In this document: one piece after another, positions 10,253 through 21,393 of the stretch | Position numbering within the stretch: the stretch's first letter is position 1 | Layout: each line of letters opens with the position of its first letter | Source: Chrysochromulina tobinii | Taxonomy: Eukaryota | Assembly (NCBI GenBank): GCA_001275005.1 | Contig: JWZX01003272.1 | Location: 1 to 33,042 of the forward strand | Direction: 5' to 3' | Length of the DNA stretch: 33,042 bases | Program-made: the position numbers and the translations under genes | Notes under the pieces: model-generated | The model's database searches: none | Told to the model about the DNA's origin: nothing | Seen by the model: only the letters and a program-made list of their open reading frames with translations

Positions 10253-11078
10253 AGTTTCACACCCGAAGTCTTCACACCCAAAGTCTTCTCATCCAGAGTC
10301 GAGTCCCCTCGCCACTCACCGAGGAGCGCTGAAGAGCCAACTGCAGCTGTGAAGAGCCAACTTCATCTGTGAAGAGCCAACTGCAGCTGCTTGCAGCTGC
10401 TGGGGTGGCACGGCAGTGGCTGGCTCAAGAGGCTGGCAAGCTTGCAACGTAATCGAGTCGCAATCGTGATCTTCGTGGTCGGACCTCAGGGTCAGGCGGT
10501 CAGCTCAGGGGTCGGACTTCAGTGTCGGGACCTGGAGTGGGAACCTTCCACACTGGGCGCGTGGGGGGAGTGCGCAAGCGTGATATGCTAGTCCAAGGGT
10601 GCACCCAGACGCGGAACAGGGTGAGAGGGTGGGCTAAGGGTGGGCGTGGAGCATGCTCGACTCATGGCGGGGGATGCCCTTGGGGGGATGGGGGAGCCAT
10701 GTGCATAGCAGGATCAAAGGGGCAGGATAAAGAGCCCAATAGCCTGGATCCGAGCACGAGCACAAATAGGCGCGAGCATGCTTCTACTTCACAGGGTCGC
10801 ATCACGAGGGGGCGTGCGAGGGGGGCACCGTCGTTGGCATCGAAGACGCGGCGCACGAAGACGGCGGCCATACGACGGCGTCGCGCGCGAGGGCGCGAGA
10901 GCGGAGCAGGCAAGGGGGTGCAGGGGATGTGCGCGCGCGCATGTGGCTGGCTCCTCGGACTGTTTGTCGATTCCTACAATCCCTTTCACACGGAAAGTGT
11001 AACAGAAAGCCACCGTTCACAGCGACCTCCGCTTTTGCTTGGCTGCAACATTTTTTGCGATCCATAGCATCGCGTACC

Positions 11079-13049
11079 ATGGCGATGAATCCCGGCCCTG
11101 CGGGCGCGCTCGCGCCGGTGCCGCCACCGCGACCGATGCCTGAGAGCCCAGTCGATGAACGGCGTGAACGCCTCATCCGTGCAGGCCTGAGAGACAAACA
11201 TGGCAACTTATCTCCAGATTATGTGGAGTCCTGCACCATCTTCGATCACGTGGCAACCATCGCACCATCTCCAGCAAGCGGCGAACCAACCATCGACAGC
11301 GCCCGGTTCCAGGCGATAATGCGTCAGCGCGTGCCCGACTGGTCAGCACGTGCACTGCATGCTGCGTTCCAGGCCGCTGACGTCGATAGATCCACCTTGC
11401 TTAACCGTCACGAATTCGCGATGCTCCGTCGTGCTCTCGAGACCTTTGACCCCGCCCGCGACGCCGCAAACAACGATCTGATCGAGATTCGATGCCGCGC
11501 GCTCTTCGCCATGCATATGTCATCGGACAACGAGCTCAACGCGGCAGCTCGTCGAAAGCTAGTCGAGCGCGTCCGCGATCTTTGTGGGCGCTCCTCCCAT
11601 GTGGACCGCGTGTTGGCAGCCCTGGGCTTGCCTTTGGACGACACGGCAGCGCCGATGACATACGCCCAGTTTGCCCAGGCGGTTCAGCAAGGCACACTGA
11701 TGACTCTGGCCAGTCTCAACATCGGAGATCCACCAGCGACGGAGCGCACGACCTCCCTCAAAGTGGACGATCGTCAAGTGGTCATGGAGCAGGCCGCGGC
11801 CGGAGGCCCCCATCGCGCAGCGAGCAATATGGCAGGGCCCAAAGCGGTAGCTCCTGATATGCGCCTGGATCCGGAGCTGTGTCCCAACGCTGGAGACGAC
11901 TGGCGCGGCGCGCTCGCCGCCCCTCGCGGTACCGAACGCTTCAGGATCGCGCAGCTCGTGGTCGAGAATGCGCGTGCGCTCTCGAATGAGATCTCCACGC
12001 AGCCCGACGTTGACCACCGCGACTGGATGCCTGGAAGCGCAGCGCTCGAACGTCTACTGGATAGACGTCGAACGCCTGAGTTGGCGCAACTTTCGCCTGA
12101 ATATATGATCGGACGGTTGTGCGAACATGTAAAGCGCATCGCGATAGCGCAGCCGATGGTCGTGCAGGTCCCTGCTCCGGCCAAGGTGTTTGGGGATATC
12201 CACGGGCAGCTTCGCGACCTTCTGATGCTCTTCTGCCGGTACGGCTTCCCTTCGCATCACGGCGGCGACATCGAGACGACCTCGTACGTCTTCAACGGCG
12301 ACTGGGTCGATCGTGGCGCACACCAGCTCGAGGTCGTCGTGCTCCTCTTCGCCCTCAAAACACTCTATCCCGCGCGCGTCTTCCTCATTCGGGGAAACCA
12401 TGAGTTCCGCAGCCAGTCGGAGGGAATGGGCCTCCGAGGCTTTCGCCATCACGTGAAGCACCATCCAGCCTTCTCGACGATCCCCGACCGTGGGCTGGTG
12501 GGGGTGTACGAGAGGATACACGCGAGCTTCGATTGGCTTCCGCTCGCCGCACGCGTCGGTGGGGTGGTGCTCGTGCTTCACGGAGGCATCGGCGACGGCA
12601 GCTGGACGGTCGACGACCTCGCCGCTGTCAGACGGCCGTTGAGTGACGAATCGGATGCTGACGTGCCCCCATGCGCATCGCAAGCCCTTTGGAGTGATCC
12701 AGCTGATTCCGATGCGGTCATGGCCCACGGCGTGCACACACGCAACAGTACGAGTAAAGGTCTGAACATGCAGCATGTGGGTGCGGGGATCCCCGGGTTC
12801 GGTGCGGATGTGACACGCCGGTTCTGCGCACGCGAGGGCCTGAAGATGGTCGTCCGCTCACATCAGTTCGTGCCCGAAGGTGCCAAATACATGCATGGCG
12901 GACACCTGGTGACTCTCTTCTCGGCGCGGAACTACTGCGATGGGGAACAGAATGACTCGGCGCTTCTCCTCTTCGCAAATAATGAACTGGGGGAGCTTCT
13001 CGTGCGCGTCAAACGGCTCGCTCACCGTTTGACGCCGTATGACGCGTGA
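11079..13049 (+). CDS. PPP-family Ser/Thr protein phosphatase with N-terminal EF-hand region
   Basis: Catalytic motifs GDIHGQ, GDWVDRG, RGNHE, LHGGIG, LWSDP, RSHQ and FSARNYC are present. EF-hand loop DVDRSTLLNRHE. First plausible ATG taken at 11079 within ORF 10929..13049. Confidence 0.9.
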   Translation: MAMNPGPAGALAPVPPPRPMPESPVDERRERLIRAGLRDKHGNLSPDYVESCTIFDHVATIAPSPASGEPTIDSARFQAIMRQRVPDWSARALHAAFQAADVDRSTLLNRHEFAMLRRALETFDPARDAANNDLIEIRCRALFAMHMSSDNELNAAARRKLVERVRDLCGRSSHVDRVLAALGLPLDDTAAPMTYAQFAQAVQQGTLMTLASLNIGDPPATERTTSLKVDDRQVVMEQAAAGGPHRAASNMAGPKAVAPDMRLDPELCPNAGDDWRGALAAPRGTERFRIAQLVVENARALSNEISTQPDVDHRDWMPGSAALERLLDRRRTPELAQLSPEYMIGRLCEHVKRIAIAQPMVVQVPAPAKVFGDIHGQLRDLLMLFCRYGFPSHHGGDIETTSYVFNGDWVDRGAHQLEVVVLLFALKTLYPARVFLIRGNHEFRSQSEGMGLRGFRHHVKHHPAFSTIPDRGLVGVYERIHASFDWLPLAARVGGVVLVLHGGIGDGSWTVDDLAAVRRPLSDESDADVPPCASQALWSDPADSDAVMAHGVHTRNSTSKGLNMQHVGAGIPGFGADVTRRFCAREGLKMVVRSHQFVPEGAKYMHGGHLVTLFSARNYCDGEQNDSALLLFANNELGELLVRVKRLAHRLTPYDA

Positions 13050-13410
13050 ACAGGTGGTCAAGGGGGAGCAGTTCATGAGTGCTATCCGGACAGCAACCGG
13101 GAGCCGCGACACACTGAACAGGCGATGGCCGAGGGCCCCCTCGGTAGCTCTGCCCTTCGCTGCCGGCAGCTGAGACATGAGGCCAGCGCGTACCTCAGGG
13201 CCGAGGTCGGCACTGGCCAGGCACCGCTCTCAGTCCCACACCCCACACGGTGGCGTCTGTTCCATTCCGCGCGCTGGGATGGTGTCGGAGAGAAGTCGAC
13301 GAAACGCCCGCACCCACGAGCCGTACTGCGCAGTCGAAGCATCCATGCATGATCGGATCTCTGAGATGTCGATCTGGCATCTCTATCCACGGCCACAACT
13401 CGGGCGCCGA

Positions 13411-13501
13411 ACGAAACTCGACGAATTATATGATAATTACGAAACTCGACGAATTATATGATAATTACGAAACTCGACATGATTGTACTCGACATGATTG
13501 T
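13411..13501. repeat. Short AT-rich intergenic tandem repeat (28-nt unit acgaaactcgacgaattatatgataatt twice, then a shorter duplicated unit)
   Basis: Read directly; lies between two convergent genes. Confidence 0.8.
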
Positions 13502-13853
13502 GCACGACGCGTAGTCGGCTGACGCGATGAGGCGTGCACCGTGGTCGCGCGCGTTAAGACTTAGTTAAGAGAAAACCGGTCGTGGGGATTCCCGCTTGTG
13601 CGGGGATTGGAATGCGGAGCCGGAGGCCGGAGCGCGCGCACTCACCTAAACCTTTCCCACCGCAATTTAGGGGGTCCCGCCAATTGGTAGGGTAGCTTGT
13701 TCTGTTGTAAATTATGCTCTCTATTCGCCGCCTCGTCCTGTATGACGACGCGGGAATCTTCGCTCATCAGCATCATCAACACAGCTCCGACGCAATTCTC
13801 CTCCGCACCGGCGCCCACCGCGGCGCGCGTCGCGGCGCCCGTCGTGGCGCCCA

Positions 13854-14987
13854 TCACGGCGCCTCGTTCTTCTCGGGCGAGTGTGGGTTTGCCGCGTGAA
13901 GTAGCCCAGGCACAAGCCCGAGACGCGGTGTGAGCATGCAAGCGCTCGCGACGGCGCAAAAGGGCAGCGTGCACACAGGGATACCCAGACCCGCCGCGAC
14001 GATGCCCTTGGCGCCACCGAAGACCAAGGTCGATGCCACGGCACCGGAGCCGGCGAGGGCATACATTTCCAATTTAGGAACGAAGAAGACGCCGACGGCG
14101 AGGGAGGTGAGGGCCGCGTTGAAACCCCACAGCCCGTTGGCGATGTCGAAGTGCGACGCGCCCAGTACGGCGCCCGTACCGGTGCCGATTGCGGAGCCCA
14201 TCAGCGTGAGCGCAGCGCACTGTGGGGAATAGACGCCGATGGCGCCGAGCATCATCGCGCCTGCGATCGGGTCGTTGACGACAAAGATCTGCGACACACC
14301 CACGAGAGGAGCGCAGAGCCAGTCGGTGATGCCGCCCACGACGGCGGATGGGTCAGGCGGCGGCGAGAACTCCCACAGCGGCCTGACGAAGGCGAGCACC
14401 GAGAGCGTCGCCATGTTGAAGGCGAGAGTGAACTGCGGCACTGCGCCACACGCCATCTTGAGAGGCACCGTGAGCAACGTGCTGCCGCCGGCGGCGACGG
14501 CGGCGGCGACCGCGGTGGGCAATGTCCACGCGTCCGTGCCCATGAAGACGGAGAAGGCGCATCCGACGAGGCAGCCGTTGTAGCCGGTCAGTCCGTTGGC
14601 GATGGCGCCCGAGTCAAGGTTGAAGACTTTGGCGGTCGTGGTAGCCGAAACCGTGCCAATGGTCGCCAGCGTGCCGAGCCACGGATCGCCCTTGAAGAGC
14701 GCGGCAAGCATCAACGCTCCGGAGGCTGCGCTGTTGCAGAAGACCACCTGCCCCACGCCTCGCAACACCTCATCAACAAACGGTGGCAGGCCGGGCTTGT
14801 TGGAATCAGAGGATGACGGTGGCGTTGCTTGAGGTGGGCTCGTTTTCGCGGGTGTAGACTTGGATGCGAGCGCCCGCACGGTATGGCCGGGATGACGTAG
14901 CGGCCCGTGCGCGAGCGGCACCTCCATCATTTTCAGCGCGCGCGGCCGGCCGCATCGAGTGAGCTGCACAGTTCCCCGCCACAGCAT
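13854..14987 (-). CDS. Urea transporter (UT / SLC14-like family)
   Basis: Two homologous halves: GVGQVVFCN / GVSQIFVVN, GLTGYNG / GLWGFNA and TLAFN / TLPFC. Terminal SPEKN. Start chosen at MLWRGTV (14987); the upstream part of the listed ORF overlaps a repeat and looks non-coding. Confidence 0.9.
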   Translation of the reverse strand: MLWRGTVQLTRCGRPRALKMMEVPLAHGPLRHPGHTVRALASKSTPAKTSPPQATPPSSSDSNKPGLPPFVDEVLRGVGQVVFCNSAASGALMLAALFKGDPWLGTLATIGTVSATTTAKVFNLDSGAIANGLTGYNGCLVGCAFSVFMGTDAWTLPTAVAAAVAAGGSTLLTVPLKMACGAVPQFTLAFNMATLSVLAFVRPLWEFSPPPDPSAVVGGITDWLCAPLVGVSQIFVVNDPIAGAMMLGAIGVYSPQCAALTLMGSAIGTGTGAVLGASHFDIANGLWGFNAALTSLAVGVFFVPKLEMYALAGSGAVASTLVFGGAKGIVAAGLGIPVCTLPFCAVASACMLTPRLGLVPGLLHAANPHSPEKNEAP

Positions 14988-15419
14988 TCCTTGTTCGGCA
15001 CGAGATTTGTCTCGAAATAGTTCGAGTGATCTCGCCGAGTGAACTCGCCACTTTTCAAGTCTCCTGAAACTTGAATTAAGCGACTTTGGCTTGAAACGGC
15101 CCGTGGCGTAGGTCGGACTTACGTTCACACGTTTGACACAAACATTCGCTATACAATACGATACTGGGCGAGGGGGAAGTCGAAGTGTACACGAGTCGTG
15201 AACAACCGTGTGGTGCTGCGGATCAACAGGACCAGGACATGTCTCAAGAGGGCGACTACGAGGGCTGGGCAACAGTAATGTCATGCAGTACAACGTCGCG
15301 GAGAGGGTACACGGCCGGCCCACCGCACGCGCGAAGACGTACGTGCGAGGTGCGACAAGCCGAGCCGGAGGTGTACATAAAGGTACATCGGCCTGGGAGT
15401 GTCCCTGATGGCCAGAACG

Positions 15420-15515
15420 TACTCGTGCGTGCATGCATGCGCGTCCTCGTGCATGCATGCTGGCGTCCTCGTGCGTGCATGCATGCTGGCGTCCTCGTGC
15501 ATGCATGCATGCTGC
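15420..15515. repeat. Tandem repeat (cgtcctcgtgcRtgcatgc...) just 3' of the methyltransferase gene
   Basis: About 4 imperfect copies rich in GCATGCATGC. Confidence 0.8.
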
Positions 15516-15533
15516 GTCTTGCTGCGCGCGCGC

Positions 15534-16361
15534 TCACGCGCGATCGAGGCGGTACATAACGACATGACCGGCAAGCATCGTGACGCGCCGGACGCTCCAG
15601 CGATTCTCGTGCGTCGCCGCCGCCGAGAAGACGTCCGTGTCGATGTTTGTGAGGTACTCGAGGACATACGGTTCGCCCATCAAGAAAAATTCTCCGTTCA
15701 TGGGCTTCTTCGCAAGCGTCTCTTGGAACTCGGGGTGGATGTCGACGATCACGACGGACTCGCGCGCGACGCGCATCATGTTGGCCAGCACGCGTTTACG
15801 CGCATCGCCCGGCATCTCGTGCATTGCGTACATGATCGTCACGACGTCGTAGCCCTGGGTATCGCCGTAAGTCTCCGCGTTGCCAAACGAGAAGGACAAG
15901 TCAGGCCGATGGAAGCGTGCGACGTTGAGCATCATGGGTGAGGTGTCGATGGCGTGGCCGCCTTCCATCGTCGAGAAGCCGACGCCACAGCAAAGGTCGA
16001 GCACCGTCTTGTCGGTCCCGATCATGTCGTGAGCCACCTTGCGGACATCCAAACCGCCATAGGATGCACGGTCGATGACCGCCGTGGCCAGTGGCGCCAT
16101 GAGGGCGTGGAAAAAGCCGCCTAGCCCGATGTTGCCAAACGTGTGGATCTGCGGATTGTACCAGTACGGAACCGGTGCCGTTGTTCCCGTCGAGGACGCG
16201 GCATCCTTGGGCCGCGTCGTCACGGCCAGGTCCCCCGAGAGAACAGCACCCTTGGGCCGCGACGAACCCATTTTGATTGGTGGCTTGGCGGAGAAGCCAG
16301 AGGCGACCCGGGTGTGCATCGCAAGGAGCGTCACGATCGCGCCTGCCGTGCGCGAGAGCAT
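15534..16361 (-). CDS. Class I SAM-dependent methyltransferase, probably plastid-targeted
   Basis: Motif I VLDLCCGVGFST, then AIDTSPMML, GNAE and YDVVTIMYAMHEMP. The N-terminus MLSRTAGAIVTLLAMHTRVASG|FSAKPP resembles a signal peptide plus the ASAFAP-type Phe motif of complex red plastids. Confidence 0.88.
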   Translation of the reverse strand: MLSRTAGAIVTLLAMHTRVASGFSAKPPIKMGSSRPKGAVLSGDLAVTTRPKDAASSTGTTAPVPYWYNPQIHTFGNIGLGGFFHALMAPLATAVIDRASYGGLDVRKVAHDMIGTDKTVLDLCCGVGFSTMEGGHAIDTSPMMLNVARFHRPDLSFSFGNAETYGDTQGYDVVTIMYAMHEMPGDARKRVLANMMRVARESVVIVDIHPEFQETLAKKPMNGEFFLMGEPYVLEYLTNIDTDVFSAAATHENRWSVRRVTMLAGHVVMYRLDRA

Positions 16362-16989
16362 TGTGCGCGAGGGCGTTGGGTTTAGCGCGGCGTTGATGAC
16401 GAGCAGTCCATCCACTGTTCGCGAGTCGAGTATGGGCTCTCGCCGCGCAGACGGGTGTTTTCCAGTAAACTACCCCTTTAGCGATGAGTTATTAGGGTTT
16501 CGTTGATGGTATCCGTCTCAAAATGGCGTGGCGAGAAAATTTGACGAGTTTCGACATTGCACGTTCGTCAGGCAGTGAGCTTTCACGAATCCTTCCTGTC
16601 AGCGGCGTGGAAAGGTCGTCCAGAGAAAGGCGCGGTCCCGGTCGAACCCACAAGTCCCCGCGGCGTCCGAACAGTTTACGTCCGATCGGCGCGCGCCGCT
16701 CACGAGAAACGCAAGGAGAGGCGAGGCTTCTCTTCTACTGACTTCTGACAGATTTCACGATCGAGACATCGCATGCTCGGCTATCTAGACGAGACATGCT
16801 TACACAAATTAATTTCGTTTAGGGTAACTGTTCGGTCGAAACTCGAATAAACTCGTATAACTCCTTTGTGTAGCGCGTAGGATGTGGTCTCTGAAAAAGT
16901 AAATATAGAGGAACAAGCTTGTCATGTATTGCGGTGCGAGCCGCTCGCACCCTTCACGCACCTCAAACTGAAATTCATGTATCTCTCCG

Positions 16990-19133
16990 TCACCTCCGCC
17001 CGAGCTCCGCCACAAAATCGCCGAGGGCGCTCTCGACGCGCTGCTTGAGGTGCGCGAGCTCGGCCTGCACCGCCGGTCGCGCCGCCGACGACGGCGCGAC
17101 TGTCCGCTGCTCGCCTAGCTCATACGTAACGGCCGCTGCCGGTAGGCCGGATTTGGAAGGTCCGGTTGGGCAGATCTCGCTGTACAGCAGCTTGCCACGG
17201 GCCGCCGTCGTGGGCACCTCCCCCCCGGCTCCGGCGTCGTCCTGGGCACCCCAGCGCCACTCGATCTCGCACTTGAGCTCGAACGGCCGTTTCACCCTGC
17301 CGCGCATGCTGATGATCGACGCGTGCCCCTCGAGCGCCGCGACATTGCTCACCGAGATATTGGCCAAGCTCAGCCCCTCGAGCCGCCTCTGCACGTCGGC
17401 GAGGGCCCACGCGCTCACGTCGCGCTCCTCCCACGTGCCCGCGCTGTTCCAAGCACTGGCCGCGCTCGTTGGCGCAGTCGTGGGCGCCACCATGGGCACC
17501 GTCGGCATGGGCGCCGTCGTGGGCGTCGGCTTGGGCGCCGTCATGGGCGCCATCTCGAGCTTCTTGGGCGCCTTTTGGGCATCGAGGAGCGCTTTGGTTG
17601 CGGTGTCCACCTGTGGGAAGACGGGATGGCGCCGTGGTGAGCACTTGCATGCAATCAGACTCCACCTCCGATGGTTGCGGCGTTCACACCTGGTCGGTGC
17701 GGGCGAAGTACGATGTCTTGCTTCCGTCGGCGCGGACCTGATGAGGGAGGCAATCAGAGAGGCGATCAGAGGCGATCGGAGGCGATCAGAGGCCATCAGA
17801 GGCCTTCAATAGCCATCCGACCACAGATGTGCTACCTTGTACCCCCTGCAATCAGGGATACTCAGGGACACTCTGTGGCACTCAATGGCACTCTGTGGCA
17901 CTGGGTGACACTCTGTGGTACTCTGTGGTACTCTGTGGAGCGTACCTTGTACCCTCTGCTGAAGCCCTCGAGCAAAGCTGCCTCGTCCTCGTCCTCCACC
18001 TCCAGCTTCGTCACCGCCGACTGCGATGCTCGACGCGCCTCCTCTTGCTGGCGCGCCTGATGAGGGACGCAATCAGTCGCAATCAGTCGCAATCAGTCGC
18101 AATCAGTCGCAATCAGTCGCAATCAGTCGCAATCAGTCGCAATCAGTCGCAATTAGCCGAAGCTCCTCTCGCTGTCGCGCACCTCCTCAGCCTTTCGCAG
18201 GTCCTCGTCCGCCTTTCGCTTGGCCTCGCGCTCCTCTTGGCGCGCTCTCTCCTTCGTTGCAGCCTTGAGCTTCGCCTGATGAGGGAGGCCATCAGAGGCC
18301 ATCAGAGGCCATCCCAGGCCATCCGAGGCATGCGTGGCACACTCAGTGGCACACTCAGCGCCACTCACCTGCCCGAACTCCTCAAGTGTGAGTGGTGCAA
18401 GCTTATCAAGGGCCGCTCGCGCCTCCGCGTCCCCCGACGCCGCCGCGGACGCAAGTAGATCGATCGCGGGGTTCGGCGGCCCGCGTTGGCGTAGTGCGTC
18501 GCACTCCTGGCGCCACTCGTGCAGCAGCGCCGCCTCCTGCTTCGCGAGCGCCTGGGCCTTCGCCGCCTTCTCTCGCGCCTCGATCGCCGCTTCCTCTTTC
18601 GCGAGCCCTTCGAAAGCTTTGCCCATCATCGCACGTTCAGACGAGGCTTGCTCCTTGAGCTTGGCGAGCACGAGCTCGAGCGCGGCGCGCGCCTCCCGAT
18701 TTTTCGGGTCCGCCTTGATCACGGCGGTCAGGTCGGCCTTGGCCTCGGCCAGCCTGCCCACGTGGGAGCACGCGACACCCCGTCGAAGCCGGGCCTTGAC
18801 GAGGGAGGGATCGAGGTCCACGGCGGCGGACGCGGCGCGCAGGGCGCTCTCCCACTGCTGCGCTTTGACGTGACACGCGGCCAGGTTGTTGTGGCACGCG
18901 GCCAGCAGTGGCGACGCCGTGTCCGTCTCGCCCGGGTTGCTCTTCCACCACACGCGGAGGGCCGTCTTGGCCGCGTCGGATGTCAGCTTGGCGACGGCCT
19001 GCTCGTACGCCGCAGTGGCCGCGGCAAGGTCACCCGCGGTGAAATTTTCGTTGCCGAGCGCCTTGAGCTCGTTGGCCTTCGCGATCAGGCTGGCGACGCC
19101 ATCGCCGGGCGCCGACTCGTCGTCGGAATCCAT
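16990..19133 (-). CDS. TPR + Aha1 N-terminal domain protein (putative Hsp90 co-chaperone), 5 exons
   Basis: Exons 19133-18369, 18275-18183, 18056-17946, 17737-17690 and 17610-16990 join in frame. Carboxylate-clamp-type TPR (KALGNENF, HNNLAACHVK, KARLRRG), a coiled coil, RGYKVRADGSKTSYF and the Aha1-N motif SAWNSAGTWEERDVSAWA. Confidence 0.85.
18069..18152 (-). repeat. 10-nt intronic array (gactgattgc)n on the coding strand
   Basis: gcaatcagtc repeated about 8 times on the + strand. Confidence 0.95.
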
Positions 19134-19329
19134 ATCTACAGAAAGCGCCGTGAACTGACGTGTGAACGTTAACACGACAGACGCGACAACCGGTGCTACG
19201 GCACTGTGTGAAGAGACTACGCGCACCGCACCAAGAGACTACGAGTACCGCCGATGCAAACGACCAGATGCACCCCGCCCAAGTCCCGAAAGTCGCAAGG
19301 CTCTCAACCACCGTAATCTCAACACCATC

Positions 19330-21393
19330 TCAACACCAGGGATTCCCTTTGTGGGGATGGCACGGCACGTCGGCGAGCGAGGCTACGCCTGGTAGCTTGA
19401 GCAGGTCCATTTCGGTGCGTGCGTCACAACAAGTCTCATGAACCTGCGTGCAAGGTCATCCAAGCTCATCAGATCTCATTAGAGGTCATCAGAGGTCATC
19501 AAGTATGGGGTCTGACACACCTTGGTAAACAGCGGACGCGTGTCCGTCGGGTGTTGCGCACGGCGCACGTTGATGATGTGGCCGGACAGAGTAGAGGGCA
19601 GCGAGCCTACGAAACCGCCGGGCGCCTCGGCGCACACGATCTACGTCCAGATGGCGAGGGCAATCAGCGCCGAACAATCATTCATGCCCATTCACAGCCC
19701 ATTCACAGCCCATTCATGGCCCCATCCACGGATGGCACTCAACGGCGAACAACAGCACTCAATGGCACTCAATGGCAATCCAATGGCACTCAGCGCACCT
19801 GCTCGAGGATGGCGAGCACGTCAGCCCAGAGCTTCTGTGGAAAGGCGGAGAGCGCGAGCACGAGCGGAGGTTGCGCGAGATCGTCGACGAACACCAGCTT
19901 GTACCCGCCCAGCTGCGCGAGCGGCTTGAACCAGCTGCGTCCGAACTCGTGCGAACTCGTCATCAGTCGTCATCAGTCGTCATCAGTGGTCATCAGTGGT
20001 CATCAGTGGTCATCAGTGGTCATCAGTGGTCATCAGTCGTCCGAACTCGTGCGTGGCGACGAAGACAATCAATTGCAATCAATTGCAATCAATTGCAATC
20101 AATTGCAATCAATTGCAATCAATGGCAATCAATGGCAATCAATTGCATCCGTTTCAATCAGCGCACCTGCGTTCGAGCTCGTCCGTGGCGACGAAGACCG
20201 TGGCGCCGTTGACGAACCCCTCGTCCTTCGCCAGCTGTCCGAAGAATTCGGTCGTCATCTTGCCGCCGAAGACGGCCGCGTAGCTGATGAGGGAGGCAAT
20301 CAGTGGTCATCAGGGGTCATCAGGGGTCATCAGTCGTCATCTTGCCGCCGAAGATTGCATGTACGCACGCCTTGTCGACAACGGCCTTGTCGCCACGGCG
20401 CACGTGCATCGCCGCGTACGAAGGGCCAAGAGGTGCCGCCGCCTCGCGCGCCGCACGCACGAGTGTCGGGTGGTACCTGATGAGGGAGGCAATCAGCATG
20501 CAATCAGTCTCTCGCGCCGCATGCATGAGTGTCGGGTGGTACTTGATGAGAGACTGATTGCAAGCGGATTGCATGCTGTGAGAGAGAAGGCGCCGTATAG
20601 ACGGCAATCAGAGGCAATCAGAGGCCCACCAGAGGCCCATCAGAGGGCCATCAGAGGCCCATCAGAGGCCCATGAGCGAAGGCCAGAGGGGAGACTAGTT
20701 ATGGATTCAGCGTACGCTATCAGCTTGTACATCTCGAGCGCGATCTCCTCGGGCAACGGCCACGTCCAATAAAGGCAACAGGTGACCCGGAGCAGACCGA
20801 CGTCGCTGCCCGCGTGGTCGCGCACCCAGACCTCGCGCGACCAGCGAGGCATGCCGCGCCTCCGATGAGGCTGCCCTTCGCCCGAGAGCGTCACCGTCGA
20901 CCGATCGGCCGCAGCGAGCGCGGGTGCGAGCAGCCCATCGACGCTGCCATGCTCATCCTCGCAGAGGACGCGCACGCCGAGCCGGGCGAGGGTGCTCAGG
21001 TCGAGCAGCCTCGCCACGCTCACGCGCGCGTCGCCCCGACGCCGTACCCACGCAAACGGCGGCACGATCAGCGTCCTGTTGAGCAGCCGCGCCATGTCCA
21101 AGGCGCAGAGCAAGTTGAGGATCTGATTATTCCACCCCGTTGTCGGTGACGTACGTGAAGAAGCGCTCGGAGCTCGCGTCGACGATGCTCAGGGAGCCGT
21201 CCGCGCGCACGACCGCCGGCATCCCCGTGGAGGGCGCGAACTGGCCCGCACGGCCCGACGTGACTTTGTCGATGAAGTCCGTGTTCATCGTATGCGCAAA
21301 GGTAGAGAGCGGCGTGCCCAGCGGCTCGTCGCACTCAGCCTCAGCATCTGCCGCCACTCCAGTGCTTAGGAGCAGCAGACAGATCAGTTGCAT
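19330..21393 (-). CDS. GDP-fucose O-fucosyltransferase-like glycosyltransferase (6 exons; one apparent +1 frameshift)
   Basis: Signal peptide MQLICLLLLSTGVAA. Motifs G-WNNQILNLLCALDMARLLNRTLIVPPF, AMHVRRGDK, VFVATDE and LEQIVCAEAPGGFVGSLPSTLS. Exons 21393-20716, 20476-20369, 20283-20167, 19934-19799, 19640-19521 and 19443-19330. One extra base in the run at 21135-21138 breaks the frame. Confidence 0.8.
19959..20147 (-). repeat. Two 10-nt intronic arrays, (cactgatgac)n and (aattgattgc)n on the coding strand, separated by an exon-derived copy
   Basis: Read directly in intron 19935..20166. Confidence 0.9.

Noticed and set aside
10253..11078. Possible small gene or mobile element between the pLGIC and phosphatase genes
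   Set aside because: Only short local repeats (gaagagccaact x3) and motif-less ORFs; no terminal repeats or transposase similarity seen.
14988..15506. Long N-terminal extension of the urea transporter ORF
   Set aside because: It begins inside a GCATGC tandem repeat right after the methyltransferase stop and has no protein-like features.
19419..20772. Plus-strand ORFs up to 353 aa
   Set aside because: Antisense shadows of the glycosyltransferase exons and intron repeats in GC-rich DNA.
21135..21138. Programmed ribosomal frameshifting at the G runs (also 25700-25704)
   Set aside because: No recognisable slippery site or stimulatory structure; homopolymer error is more parsimonious.
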